DNA from: a virus
Strand: one strand, 5' to 3'
DNA: 64,000 nucleotides
IMG/VR virus record: IMGVR_UViG_3300023174_000124
Location: 1 to 64,000 of that record
Shown here: positions 38,222 to 47,246 of the stretch, in pieces
Layout: the number at the start of each line of letters is the position of its first letter
How positions within the stretch are numbered: the first letter of the stretch is position 1
The notes under the pieces: model-generated
The model's database searches: none
The model's input: the letters and a program-made list of their open reading frames with translations, nothing else
What the model was told of the DNA's origin: nothing
Translations under genes and position numbers: made by a program

Positions 38222-38644
38222 TTATAAAGAATTTATATAAGCATCTATAAGGTTCTTTTTATCAAACCCATAAATATCATACCATAACATTATTTCTTCA
38301 AAATAATCACAATCTGGTTCATTTTGAATATGACTTATAGCAATATAAGTAAATGCTTCACCATAAGGTGTTTGAAATTTCATTTTCTTATACCTATTGG
38401 GGTATCCTTCTATTCTATCTAAGTTATGTATATCTATATAAGGAATATCCCAAAGTATACCTTCAACATAATAGTTTTTATAAGGGATAATAGTAGAAGC
38501 ACCTCTTCCATGATGTTTTGATGAGACCCCAATAAAACAAATATGGTAGTTATTAAGTTTATAAACACCTTTGTTTTTAGCTAAGGGGCATCTCTTTAAA
38601 AACTTATTTTGATCTATATTAGCCCCATATGCGAAATATAGCAT
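38222..38644 (-). CDS. gamma-glutamylcyclotransferase (GGCT/AIG2-like)
   Basis: LYFAYGAN...RCP...VEGILW...LDRIEGYP..Y. Confidence 0.9.
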   Translation of the reverse strand: MLYFAYGANIDQNKFLKRCPLAKNKGVYKLNNYHICFIGVSSKHHGRGASTIIPYKNYYVEGILWDIPYIDIHNLDRIEGYPNRYKKMKFQTPYGEAFTYIAISHIQNEPDCDYFEEIMLWYDIYGFDKKNLIDAYINSL

Positions 38645-38646
38645 TT

Positions 38647-39642
38647 TTAGATACCTTCTTGAACATAAAGACCTAAGTTATACTCACATTCAAAAGCAGT
38701 TCTAATTAAATTCAATCTAGCAGTTCTACTTTTAGTAAGACTCATGTTCATTATATTTAATAATCTTTGTTTTTCTTTATCATCAGCTCTTAGTTTTTGT
38801 AGGTAATTAGCAGCACTTTCTCCATATTTATATCTATCACTTAACCACTTAGATAAATCTATAGTACTTTCTGATATATCTAACAAGGTAGCTAAGATTT
38901 TAGGTAAGACATTTGTGCCTGTATATTTAATAGCTTCTAATAGAAATTTGCCCCCAAATTGAAGACCTTTCAATAGAAGTTCACCTGCTTGACCTAGACC
39001 TTTAAGGAGCATTTTTCCACCTTCTATTAAAACAGGAGTTCCTACTTCTATTGTTTTGTTTATACCTATAACAAGCCATTTATAACTAGTAGCTAATACT
39101 TTGCCTAGTATCACCCCTAAGTTTTTTATTTTCTTTAATCCTGAATTAAGTATTTTTTTAGCTTTTTTAGGGTTTTTATAGATGAGGTAAGTAATAATAA
39201 AAGCTACAATAAAACCTATAGCCCAGGGAGCATAAGCGGTTAGAGTAGCAATAAAAGGAGTTTGGTGGGCATTTTTTTGAAAGTGTTGAATTAGGGTCTT
39301 TTGTAAATCAGGTGGAAGACTGTCTATTAGTTTCTCGACTATTTTTTCATTTCCTTCTTGAGTCAATTTTGCCATTTCACTAGGACTTATATTTTCTTTA
39401 ATTATATGATTAATATGAGAAACATTTAATTTGAGAGATTCAGACACAACAAATTCAGAAGCAAATTTATTGCTATAGTCTTTTCCAATTTCAGATACCC
39501 AAAACATTTCATCTGCTGAGTCAAGAGAGGATTTTTTAAAACTATTGTGAATATACCCATATTGTAAACTAGCTTTTCTTAACTTATCTCCATTAGGTAG
39601 GTTGTAAGATTCCTTGATAAGTGTTCTTAGTATTTTGCTCAT
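38647..39642 (-). CDS. tagged membrane protein
   Basis: Transmembrane segment APWAIGFIVAFIITYLIY. N-terminal LIKESY...LRKAS; C-terminal RTARLNLIRTAF. Confidence 0.8.
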   Translation of the reverse strand: MSKILRTLIKESYNLPNGDKLRKASLQYGYIHNSFKKSSLDSADEMFWVSEIGKDYSNKFASEFVVSESLKLNVSHINHIIKENISPSEMAKLTQEGNEKIVEKLIDSLPPDLQKTLIQHFQKNAHQTPFIATLTAYAPWAIGFIVAFIITYLIYKNPKKAKKILNSGLKKIKNLGVILGKVLATSYKWLVIGINKTIEVGTPVLIEGGKMLLKGLGQAGELLLKGLQFGGKFLLEAIKYTGTNVLPKILATLLDISESTIDLSKWLSDRYKYGESAANYLQKLRADDKEKQRLLNIMNMSLTKSRTARLNLIRTAFECEYNLGLYVQEGI

Positions 39643-40522
39643 TATTACTAACTCCTATGTATTTTAGTATAGGTTTAATAATAGAGAAAATAAAATTTTT
39701 AATCTTCTTGTAAGACCACCCAATAAGTCTAAATAAGTCATTAATAAGAGCAAAGAAACCCCCACCTGCCATAAGTATTATTTTCTTAGGCACACTCCCC
39801 CTAGCTCTATTACTGCCAAATAAGAATAACATAACAAGTTGAGCAAGATATTGTTTTGTAGTCATTTCTGTGGATGCCCAAGCAGCTAGATACATAGGCA
39901 AAGTTATTTTTGTAGCTATGAGATTAAGTAAGAATGGGATAGCTACTATAACTAATGCTAGTTTCCTATCATTAAGATCAACAACATAATTTAAACTATC
40001 TTTGATAACTTCCGACCCTGGTATTAAAGACATGACATCTCTAGTTTTACCTTGAAGTAGTTCTTTTTTAGTAGGTTTAGTAAATAGGATACCTGTTTTT
40101 TTCTTAAGTTCACTAGTGCTGTCTGCTACTAGGATTTCAAACAAGTAATGAATTAAGTCTGATGTGTCGGTGAATTTTTTTAAGGTGTCTCTAAATTTCT
40201 CTGCAAATTCCGTTTTAGGTTCTCTAAAACCTTCTTCTTCTATATAGTCTAAGAAAGCAGGGAAATTTAGATTAACAGACCCATCACCTTTTGTCTCAAA
40301 CGCTTCCCAAGCACCTGAGAAAAACTCATATGCACCTGAACCTAATAACTTATCAAGATCGAATTTTTTAATAAAAGAATTTGCCCATACCTCTAAAAGT
40401 TTCTCTTTCATCTTAAAAGGAATGGACTTAGATAAGACTTCTTGTTCAGCTAAAGTCATATCCTTATTTTCAAAGGCTCTTCTTATCATAGCTCTTTGAA
40501 TATAAGCTCTTTTATTTAACAT
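39593..40522 (-). CDS. tagged membrane protein
   Basis: N-terminal KRAYIQRAMIRRAF; hydrophobic C-terminal half. Confidence 0.8.
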   Translation of the reverse strand: MLNKRAYIQRAMIRRAFENKDMTLAEQEVLSKSIPFKMKEKLLEVWANSFIKKFDLDKLLGSGAYEFFSGAWEAFETKGDGSVNLNFPAFLDYIEEEGFREPKTEFAEKFRDTLKKFTDTSDLIHYLFEILVADSTSELKKKTGILFTKPTKKELLQGKTRDVMSLIPGSEVIKDSLNYVVDLNDRKLALVIVAIPFLLNLIATKITLPMYLAAWASTEMTTKQYLAQLVMLFLFGSNRARGSVPKKIILMAGGGFFALINDLFRLIGWSYKKIKNFIFSIIKPILKYIGVSNNEQNTKNTYQGILQPT

Positions 40523-41517
40523 AATCTTTCCTCAAGCATTCTATAAAACACTGGATTATATGAAGCAAGTTTTATAGCTTCGGATAAAACTTCTTGTTTT
40601 CTATCAAATAGAGATAAGGTTTTATTCTTAGCCCAGTCATATCCTTTAGAGATATTTAGAGAGAGGTCTTTAAGAACATCAGATATTTTATTGTAGGCTA
40701 ATTTCAGGTGAGGAATTAATCTAGCAATAAGAACAGCTGGGATAACTGTAGTCGCAATACCAAATTTTTTAACAAGATTGGCTGTTGTATCGACATCTGT
40801 TAAAATCGCCATCAATAATATACTACCTATCATAGGCATTAAATGTAAAAGAACACCTACTACAGGAGCACCGAATAAAAACACTTTTACAAGAATGACT
40901 TTACTTAAAGCAAAAAGACCATTAACAGCAAAAAATTTAGTGTTGTCTAAAAATAAGAATGCCTCATTAGAAGATTCTGTTAGGTCTATACTTTTTTCTA
41001 TTTGTTTATTCATTAGAGATTCTTGTTTTAAAATATCTCTTACTTCCAATAAAGACACTTTTGTCAAGGATGCAATTTCTTCTGGAGTTTTAGCAGCTAT
41101 TAATTGACTTGTGAATCTAAATAAAGAATAGATGTCTTTACGATTCACAAAAGTATTTAAGATTTGAACAATAGCTTTTTGAATGATGTTTACAGGTTTT
41201 TTTAATTTGGCACTTACAATGTTTTTACCATTAAAAAGTCCTTTTTCTACTATATAGTTTTTAACAATATCTACATTCTCTCTTACTGTAGAAGTTACAT
41301 CATTTTTTACTTGATCTAGGTGAGCAACTAAAACATCAAATTTTAATTTTTCTTGTTTCTCTTCAGGTAGAGATTCGATTAACTCAGGTGTAATATCCAT
41401 AGCATTAGCTTGTTTAGTGTTTAAACACATTAAACAAGCTCTTCTAAGGTTTTCCCCACCTTTAACTTTGAAACTCATTCTATACAAATCAGAGATAATA
41501 TTCGCTTTATTTTTCAT
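40516..41517 (-). CDS. tagged membrane protein, tandem duplicate of the C-terminal part of 41514..42938
   Basis: Near-identical N- and C-terminal segments at DNA and protein level. Confidence 0.85.
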   Translation of the reverse strand: MKNKANIISDLYRMSFKVKGGENLRRACLMCLNTKQANAMDITPELIESLPEEKQEKLKFDVLVAHLDQVKNDVTSTVRENVDIVKNYIVEKGLFNGKNIVSAKLKKPVNIIQKAIVQILNTFVNRKDIYSLFRFTSQLIAAKTPEEIASLTKVSLLEVRDILKQESLMNKQIEKSIDLTESSNEAFLFLDNTKFFAVNGLFALSKVILVKVFLFGAPVVGVLLHLMPMIGSILLMAILTDVDTTANLVKKFGIATTVIPAVLIARLIPHLKLAYNKISDVLKDLSLNISKGYDWAKNKTLSLFDRKQEVLSEAIKLASYNPVFYRMLEERLC

Positions 41518-42938
41518 AATCTTTCCTCAAGCATTCTATAAAACACTGGATTATATGAAGCAAGTTTTATAGCTTCACTTAAAACTTCTTGTTTTCTATC
41601 AAATAGGGACATAGTTTTATTTTTAGCCCAATCGTAACCTTTAGAAATATTTAGAGCTATGTCTTTAAACACATCAGAGATTTTATTGTAGGCTAATTTT
41701 AGGTGTGGGATTAATCTAGCAATAAGAACAGCTGGTATGACAGAGGTTGCGATACCCATTTTTTTTAAGAAATTAGCTGTTGTTTTAGAGTCTGTTAAGA
41801 TAGTCATTAATAGAATAACAATAAGGACAGGAACTAGGTGCATTAAAGCACCTGTAATAGTAGCCCCTAGAAACACGACTTGTATTAAGACTACTTTAAG
41901 TAAACTCATAGAACAATTAACAGCAAAAAATTTTAAATCATCCATACCCATAATAAAAGAAACCATTTTTTCACTTTTTTCACCTAAGCTATTTAAAGGT
42001 ATCTCTTTTTGTATTTCTGAAACAGGCACTTTGATTAAGTTAGCTACTTCTTCAGGTGTGTCTGCTGCTATTAAAGCACTCGTAAATTTTAACAAAGAAT
42101 AAGGGTCTTTTTTTTGAGCAAAAGAATTTAAGATTTGAATAGTAGCTTTTTGTTGAATATTAACAGGTTTTTTTAGTTTCATACTCAAAAGGTTTTTACC
42201 ATTAAAAAGACCTTTTTCATCTAAATAGGATTTGATAATATTAATGCTCATCCCAATTTTAGAACTTATGTCATTTTTTACTTGATCTAGGTGGGCTACT
42301 AAAACATCAAATTTTAATTTTTCTTGTTTCTCTTCAGGTAGAGACTCAATTAATTCAGGTGTGATAGTCATAGCACTAGCTTGTTTAGTGTTTAAACACA
42401 TTAAACAAGCTCTTCTAAGGTTTTCCCCACCTTTAACTTTGAAGCTCATTTTATATAAATCTAGTATAAGATTTGCTTTCTTTTTCTTAGCGAGACTCAT
42501 TTTAATTTCTTCCTCGTTTTCTTTCTTCCATTTTTTCCATTTAGCATATGAAGGACTATTAGGTTTACTAGGGTCATGTCCCCAGTTTCTTAATGAGATT
42601 TCCCATTTACTCATACCTGTAGAACCAACAGGTTTACCAGGATTTCCACCGAGCATACGACCATTAAACCCATTTTCTTGACTAGCATTATCAAAATCTT
42701 GTGCAGACCAATCTTCAAATGGTTTATCTTTTCTTCTCTTAATACGATGAAAGGAATCATAACCTGATTGTATTTTCCCATTTTGTTTAGCTTCTTCTCT
42801 ATTTAAAGATGCTTCAAGATGGTCAGGGTCTTTGCCCCAATCTTTTAATTCTTTTTCAGACATATTGATAAGACTCTTCCACTTATCATATATCTCTTTT
42901 TTTTCATCATCAGATCGTTCTTTAGCGATGTGTTTCAT
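41514..42938 (-). CDS. DUF3140-like domain fused to a tagged membrane domain
   Basis: WKSLINMS..EL.DW...SG...SLRNWGHDP, then KKA and the duplicated module. Confidence 0.8.
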   Translation of the reverse strand: MKHIAKERSDDEKKEIYDKWKSLINMSEKELKDWGKDPDHLEASLNREEAKQNGKIQSGYDSFHRIKRRKDKPFEDWSAQDFDNASQENGFNGRMLGGNPGKPVGSTGMSKWEISLRNWGHDPSKPNSPSYAKWKKWKKENEEEIKMSLAKKKKANLILDLYKMSFKVKGGENLRRACLMCLNTKQASAMTITPELIESLPEEKQEKLKFDVLVAHLDQVKNDISSKIGMSINIIKSYLDEKGLFNGKNLLSMKLKKPVNIQQKATIQILNSFAQKKDPYSLLKFTSALIAADTPEEVANLIKVPVSEIQKEIPLNSLGEKSEKMVSFIMGMDDLKFFAVNCSMSLLKVVLIQVVFLGATITGALMHLVPVLIVILLMTILTDSKTTANFLKKMGIATSVIPAVLIARLIPHLKLAYNKISDVFKDIALNISKGYDWAKNKTMSLFDRKQEVLSEAIKLASYNPVFYRMLEERL

Positions 42939-42985
42939 GAAGACCTCATTCGTTATCTATAAGAATGAGACATATAAAAGAAAAA

Positions 42986-45900
42986 TCAAATGTGATTAAG
43001 AATAATATTTTTGATTTCAGGCTTAGAAGATAAAGCTATTTTGATAAGTTTATTTTTTATAGATGCTTGTTTTTGTTGTGTCATCTTTTGCATCTGTTTC
43101 TTTAGTATCATCATATCTACTTTAGTTTTTCTTAACTCCAATTTATCTTTTCGAGCTTCAATCTCTTTATCTCTTTCTTTATTCTTTTCTAATCTTCCTT
43201 TTTTCTTATCTTCTAAGTATTTCTCTTTATCAAATTCTAAGTTATCATTGAAATAAGGTTTAAGTTCTTCAAAATCACTCTCTTCAAATTTACTCATTTC
43301 TCTAATCTTTTGTTTGATTTGTTCTTTCTTATCTTCTTTAGAAGTAATATAAATACTAGCTTTCTTATTTGTCTTTGCTTGTTGTTTATATTCTTTTTTA
43401 GCATCTTCATATTGTTCTATGACTTGATCTGTATATTCTTCATCATAGGGGTTATTTTTACTTTTTGCCTTTTTATATGCACTAAGTAATTTTTTAAAAT
43501 CTAAGGTGTCTGTTTTTTTCCTTCCTGTACTTAAAGTGCCTACAATATCCCAAGTTCTATCTCCAAAGTATTGGGTCATACTCAAATCTTCTTTGCTTGG
43601 TTTTTCCTCTTCCTTGACTTTTTTATCTGAAGAAGGTTCGGTCTTCTTTTGTGGTTTTTTATTTTTTAAACTTTGTAAGAGTATTCTAGCTGCAAATACA
43701 GCTTCATCATCGTCTGGTATCTCACTAAATAGTTTACGATTATTATTAACAAAATCTACACTTTCTTCTTCTATTTCTTCATCAGTTAATTTCTTTTTCT
43801 TTTTCTTTATCGTCTTCTTCATCTTCTCTTCTATTTTATCTTGTTTTTCTTCACTTAATTCATCTAACACCATTTCTTGAAAATGTAAGTCTATTCCCTC
43901 TTCTTCACTAAGTTCTTCATCATGTTGTTTAGAGATATTTTTTATTCTTGTGGTTAATTCCTTTTGTTTATCTTTTATTTGTTTCTTATGTTCATTATCT
44001 GTGTTTTTCATAGTATCTTCGTGACTTGAATATTCTTGTGTCTTTTTAGCATTATATTCATTTTCAGCATCTATTTTAGATTGATTATAATCCTCATCTG
44101 CTTTTGTTTTAGCTAATGCCGTTTCATCTTCTAATTGTTTAAGAGCTTTTTCTTTTGCTTTTTCTTTATTCGTTATCTCTATAGGTTTCTTTTGTAAGCT
44201 ATTTAAAGACTTAGTTAAACTTGTATTCTTTTTTTGGGCATCTGGGTTATTGTTAATAATTTCTTTTCTTTTTTCTTCTAGGGATTTCAAGTCCTTTTGT
44301 TTTTCTTCTTCTTTTAATTTTTCACCCTCATCACCTTGATATTTAGGGTCAAGAGCAAGAACTAAATACTTTTCATCTATTTTCTTTTGTTCTCCTTCCA
44401 CATCTAATTCATTTTTGATGATTTCATTTATTTCTTTATCACCTTCTTCTTTTCTTTTTTTGACTCTTGTTTCATGATCAGAATTTAATTTTGCTATATC
44501 TTGAGCTACACCTTCTTCAATTTTCTTTTTCTCAGTTTCATAGTGAGTGTCTATATCTTTCTTTTTATTAGTATAGGTATCTTCAATTTCTTTTTGTTTA
44601 GTAGCATGACTATCATCAATATCTTTGATCTTTTTAGTATGTTCTTCATTTAAAGAAGTCTTTTTCTTTTCATGTTCTTCGACAAGTTTATTCTTTTCTT
44701 CTTCATGTTCTTTATATACTTGTTCTTTTACTTCTTTAGCATCTGCTTCTAATTCACCCGATAGGGATTTCTTCAAGCCATCTAAAGTTTTAGCTGCCCA
44801 TGCTTGTTTAGCGGGATTAGAAGAGTCTTCTGCCAAATCATATACTTCTTCTATTGTATATTTATTACCTGTATCGTCTTTAATTTTGAGAGGTTTTCCA
44901 CCTTCTTGTTCAGGTTTGAATAAGGCTTCTATTTGTTCTCTTTGTTTTTGTTGAGTGATAGTTTTCTTTTTTATATCTTCATCATATTCTTTTTCTATGC
45001 TTTTTAATTTCTCTTTAGCCCAAGCACTATCATCAGGGTCTTTTGATTTAGACATCTCTACTATTTGATCATAAGAGATAGGAGGAGCATCAAATAAAGT
45101 ATCATCTTTGTATTGTTTAGTAGATGCAAATTCTTTAATTTGTTCTTTTTTATCTTTATCTAGTTTTAGTTTTTTAAAAGAATCTAAGGCATTATCTCCT
45201 CTTTCTAAAAGAAGTTTCTCATCTGTATCTAATTCTTTGTTTAAAACCTTACCTAGCAAATCTGTGTCTTTCTCTGTTATCTTTCCATTCATGAACTCTT
45301 TAGTTATCTGTCTTTTTAAACTATCTTCGATGTTTTTATCTTTTAGAAATTCATTTGCTTTGTTTAAAATTTCAATCTTTGATTCATCTCTAGCTATGTC
45401 TTCATAGTTAACACCTAATTTTTTAGCCTTATCCATTAGTTCTTTGTGTTTTTCAAATTCTTCTTTAAAATCCTCTGCTTCACCTACATAGCTATTTTGA
45501 TCTTCTTCTGTAATCTTTTTTCCGTTACCACCTAAAGTTAAAGATACTAATTTTTCAAAGTCTCTGTCTTTTAACTTACCTTTGAGACTAGCCATTTCAT
45601 TTATTAGATTAGGACTTAAAGGAGTACTTACACCTTTAGGTAAATGTTCTTTTAACAAATCTTCAGTATGCTTTATATCTTTTACTTTATTTAAAACATC
45701 AAGAACTTCTTTTCTTTTATCACCATAAAGATCTTCTTTAGTGAGACCTTTCTCTTCTAAGTATTCCTTAGTTTTTTCAGAATCAATAATATCTTTTCCA
45801 AATTTAAGACTGTCTGTCATATTTTGGAATGTTTCCATCATCCCTTTAAACCAACCTTTTTTCTTGGGTTCTGAAGGAGTTTCTAATTCTTCTATTCTCT

Positions 45901-47194
45901 CTTCATAGTAATCACCATAATAATTTTGAGGGTTTTCTACTGTTTCAGACACCATCTCTGCGGTTGCAACTACTATTGCAACTGTCTCACGATTAGCACC
46001 ATTTTCTTTTAATTCTTCTACTATTTCTGTTTGTATTGGACCAGGAAGGTTATTTACGACTGTATTAATATTCTCAAGTGTGGGGTTTTCTCTTACACTC
46101 TTGGCACTTTCATTTAATACTTTACTGATATCTTCAGGGACATGAAAGTAAGCCTCTTCATCATCATTCCATTTTATATCTTTTTCAATATTATCAAAGA
46201 CTTCTGGCATTATATCTTCAAAGTCAAGAAGTTCTTCTTCCATCTCATCATAAGTGTCTTTAGTTCTACTAGCAAAAGTAGCATTAATTTGTTGTTTAGT
46301 TTCTTGAGCTTGTTTCTTTTCTTCTTCATCTAATGCTTTTAGTTTTTGTTCATGCTCTTCTTTTTCTTTTTTCTCTTCTTTTCTATTTTCAATAACACCA
46401 TCACCTACTTCTTCAGCATTAGGTACACCTAAATTTTCAAACATATCTGTAACCGTACCTGCTAAAGTTCCATAAGCAGTATCTTCTATTTCTTGTTCTT
46501 GTTGTTCCTCAGGTAAATCTACAATCTCATCTACTTTAGTGTCTATTTTTTCTTCTAGTTCTTGAGATTTTTGTTCAGCTATACTTTGAGGTGAACCTTC
46601 AACAGCTTTTTCTTTAGGTTGTTCTATTGTTGTTTCTTCACCTCCTTCTTCCTTACCCTTTTCTTTTCCTTTTTCACCAGTTTCTTTTTCATATGTTTGG
46701 GTAATACGATCCATAAATTCTTTTAGTATATTTTTAGAATCTTCAAAGTAGGGGTCGTTTTTATTAGTAGCATGGTTTAGGATAGTGGATATAGCAACTT
46801 CTTTTTGAGCATTAGGATTATCTTTTAAAGCAGGGTTCTTTATTTTTTGTTTGCCTAATTCGGATTTAAGATATGTTTGGAGACCGAAATTACTATAGGT
46901 TTCATTTTTAGCTGCATCATAAACATTTTGGGGGATAGTAGAGGGTGCTTTCTTTTTTTGAGCTTGACCTTCAGCTATTGCTTTATCCATACTTTTATAA
47001 GTACCTTTAGTAGCAGCTAGTTTTTCTATATAAGGCAAAATGTCTTTTCTCATACTAGGATTGAAATAAGCAATCTTGACAAGACCTTTAATTAAATGTT
47101 CTTTGTTATTACTATCAACAATATTAATAATATCTTTTCTTAAATTAGGGTTTTGATATGCAATTTTAATAAGTGATTTTTTAATGTCGTTCAT
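42986..47194 (-). CDS. very large charged coiled-coil protein with terminal tags (putative internal head/ejection protein)
   Basis: 1402 aa; two N-terminal LxKIAYxNPxxRKDI copies and C-terminal KQAS-IKNKLIKIAL. Confidence 0.85.
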   Translation of the reverse strand: MNDIKKSLIKIAYQNPNLRKDIINIVDSNNKEHLIKGLVKIAYFNPSMRKDILPYIEKLAATKGTYKSMDKAIAEGQAQKKKAPSTIPQNVYDAAKNETYSNFGLQTYLKSELGKQKIKNPALKDNPNAQKEVAISTILNHATNKNDPYFEDSKNILKEFMDRITQTYEKETGEKGKEKGKEEGGEETTIEQPKEKAVEGSPQSIAEQKSQELEEKIDTKVDEIVDLPEEQQEQEIEDTAYGTLAGTVTDMFENLGVPNAEEVGDGVIENRKEEKKEKEEHEQKLKALDEEEKKQAQETKQQINATFASRTKDTYDEMEEELLDFEDIMPEVFDNIEKDIKWNDDEEAYFHVPEDISKVLNESAKSVRENPTLENINTVVNNLPGPIQTEIVEELKENGANRETVAIVVATAEMVSETVENPQNYYGDYYEERIEELETPSEPKKKGWFKGMMETFQNMTDSLKFGKDIIDSEKTKEYLEEKGLTKEDLYGDKRKEVLDVLNKVKDIKHTEDLLKEHLPKGVSTPLSPNLINEMASLKGKLKDRDFEKLVSLTLGGNGKKITEEDQNSYVGEAEDFKEEFEKHKELMDKAKKLGVNYEDIARDESKIEILNKANEFLKDKNIEDSLKRQITKEFMNGKITEKDTDLLGKVLNKELDTDEKLLLERGDNALDSFKKLKLDKDKKEQIKEFASTKQYKDDTLFDAPPISYDQIVEMSKSKDPDDSAWAKEKLKSIEKEYDEDIKKKTITQQKQREQIEALFKPEQEGGKPLKIKDDTGNKYTIEEVYDLAEDSSNPAKQAWAAKTLDGLKKSLSGELEADAKEVKEQVYKEHEEEKNKLVEEHEKKKTSLNEEHTKKIKDIDDSHATKQKEIEDTYTNKKKDIDTHYETEKKKIEEGVAQDIAKLNSDHETRVKKRKEEGDKEINEIIKNELDVEGEQKKIDEKYLVLALDPKYQGDEGEKLKEEEKQKDLKSLEEKRKEIINNNPDAQKKNTSLTKSLNSLQKKPIEITNKEKAKEKALKQLEDETALAKTKADEDYNQSKIDAENEYNAKKTQEYSSHEDTMKNTDNEHKKQIKDKQKELTTRIKNISKQHDEELSEEEGIDLHFQEMVLDELSEEKQDKIEEKMKKTIKKKKKKLTDEEIEEESVDFVNNNRKLFSEIPDDDEAVFAARILLQSLKNKKPQKKTEPSSDKKVKEEEKPSKEDLSMTQYFGDRTWDIVGTLSTGRKKTDTLDFKKLLSAYKKAKSKNNPYDEEYTDQVIEQYEDAKKEYKQQAKTNKKASIYITSKEDKKEQIKQKIREMSKFEESDFEELKPYFNDNLEFDKEKYLEDKKKGRLEKNKERDKEIEARKDKLELRKTKVDMMILKKQMQKMTQQKQASIKNKLIKIALSSKPEIKNIILNHI

Positions 47195-47246
47195 AAAGAC
47201 CTTCCTATATTCATACTATCTTTATACAAGTATGATTATAGAAAGT

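Noticed and set aside
42986-47194. Tape measure protein
   Set aside because: It is highly charged, lacks typical Ala/Gly-rich tape-measure repeats, carries tags at both ends and is not in a tail operon. Not fully excluded.
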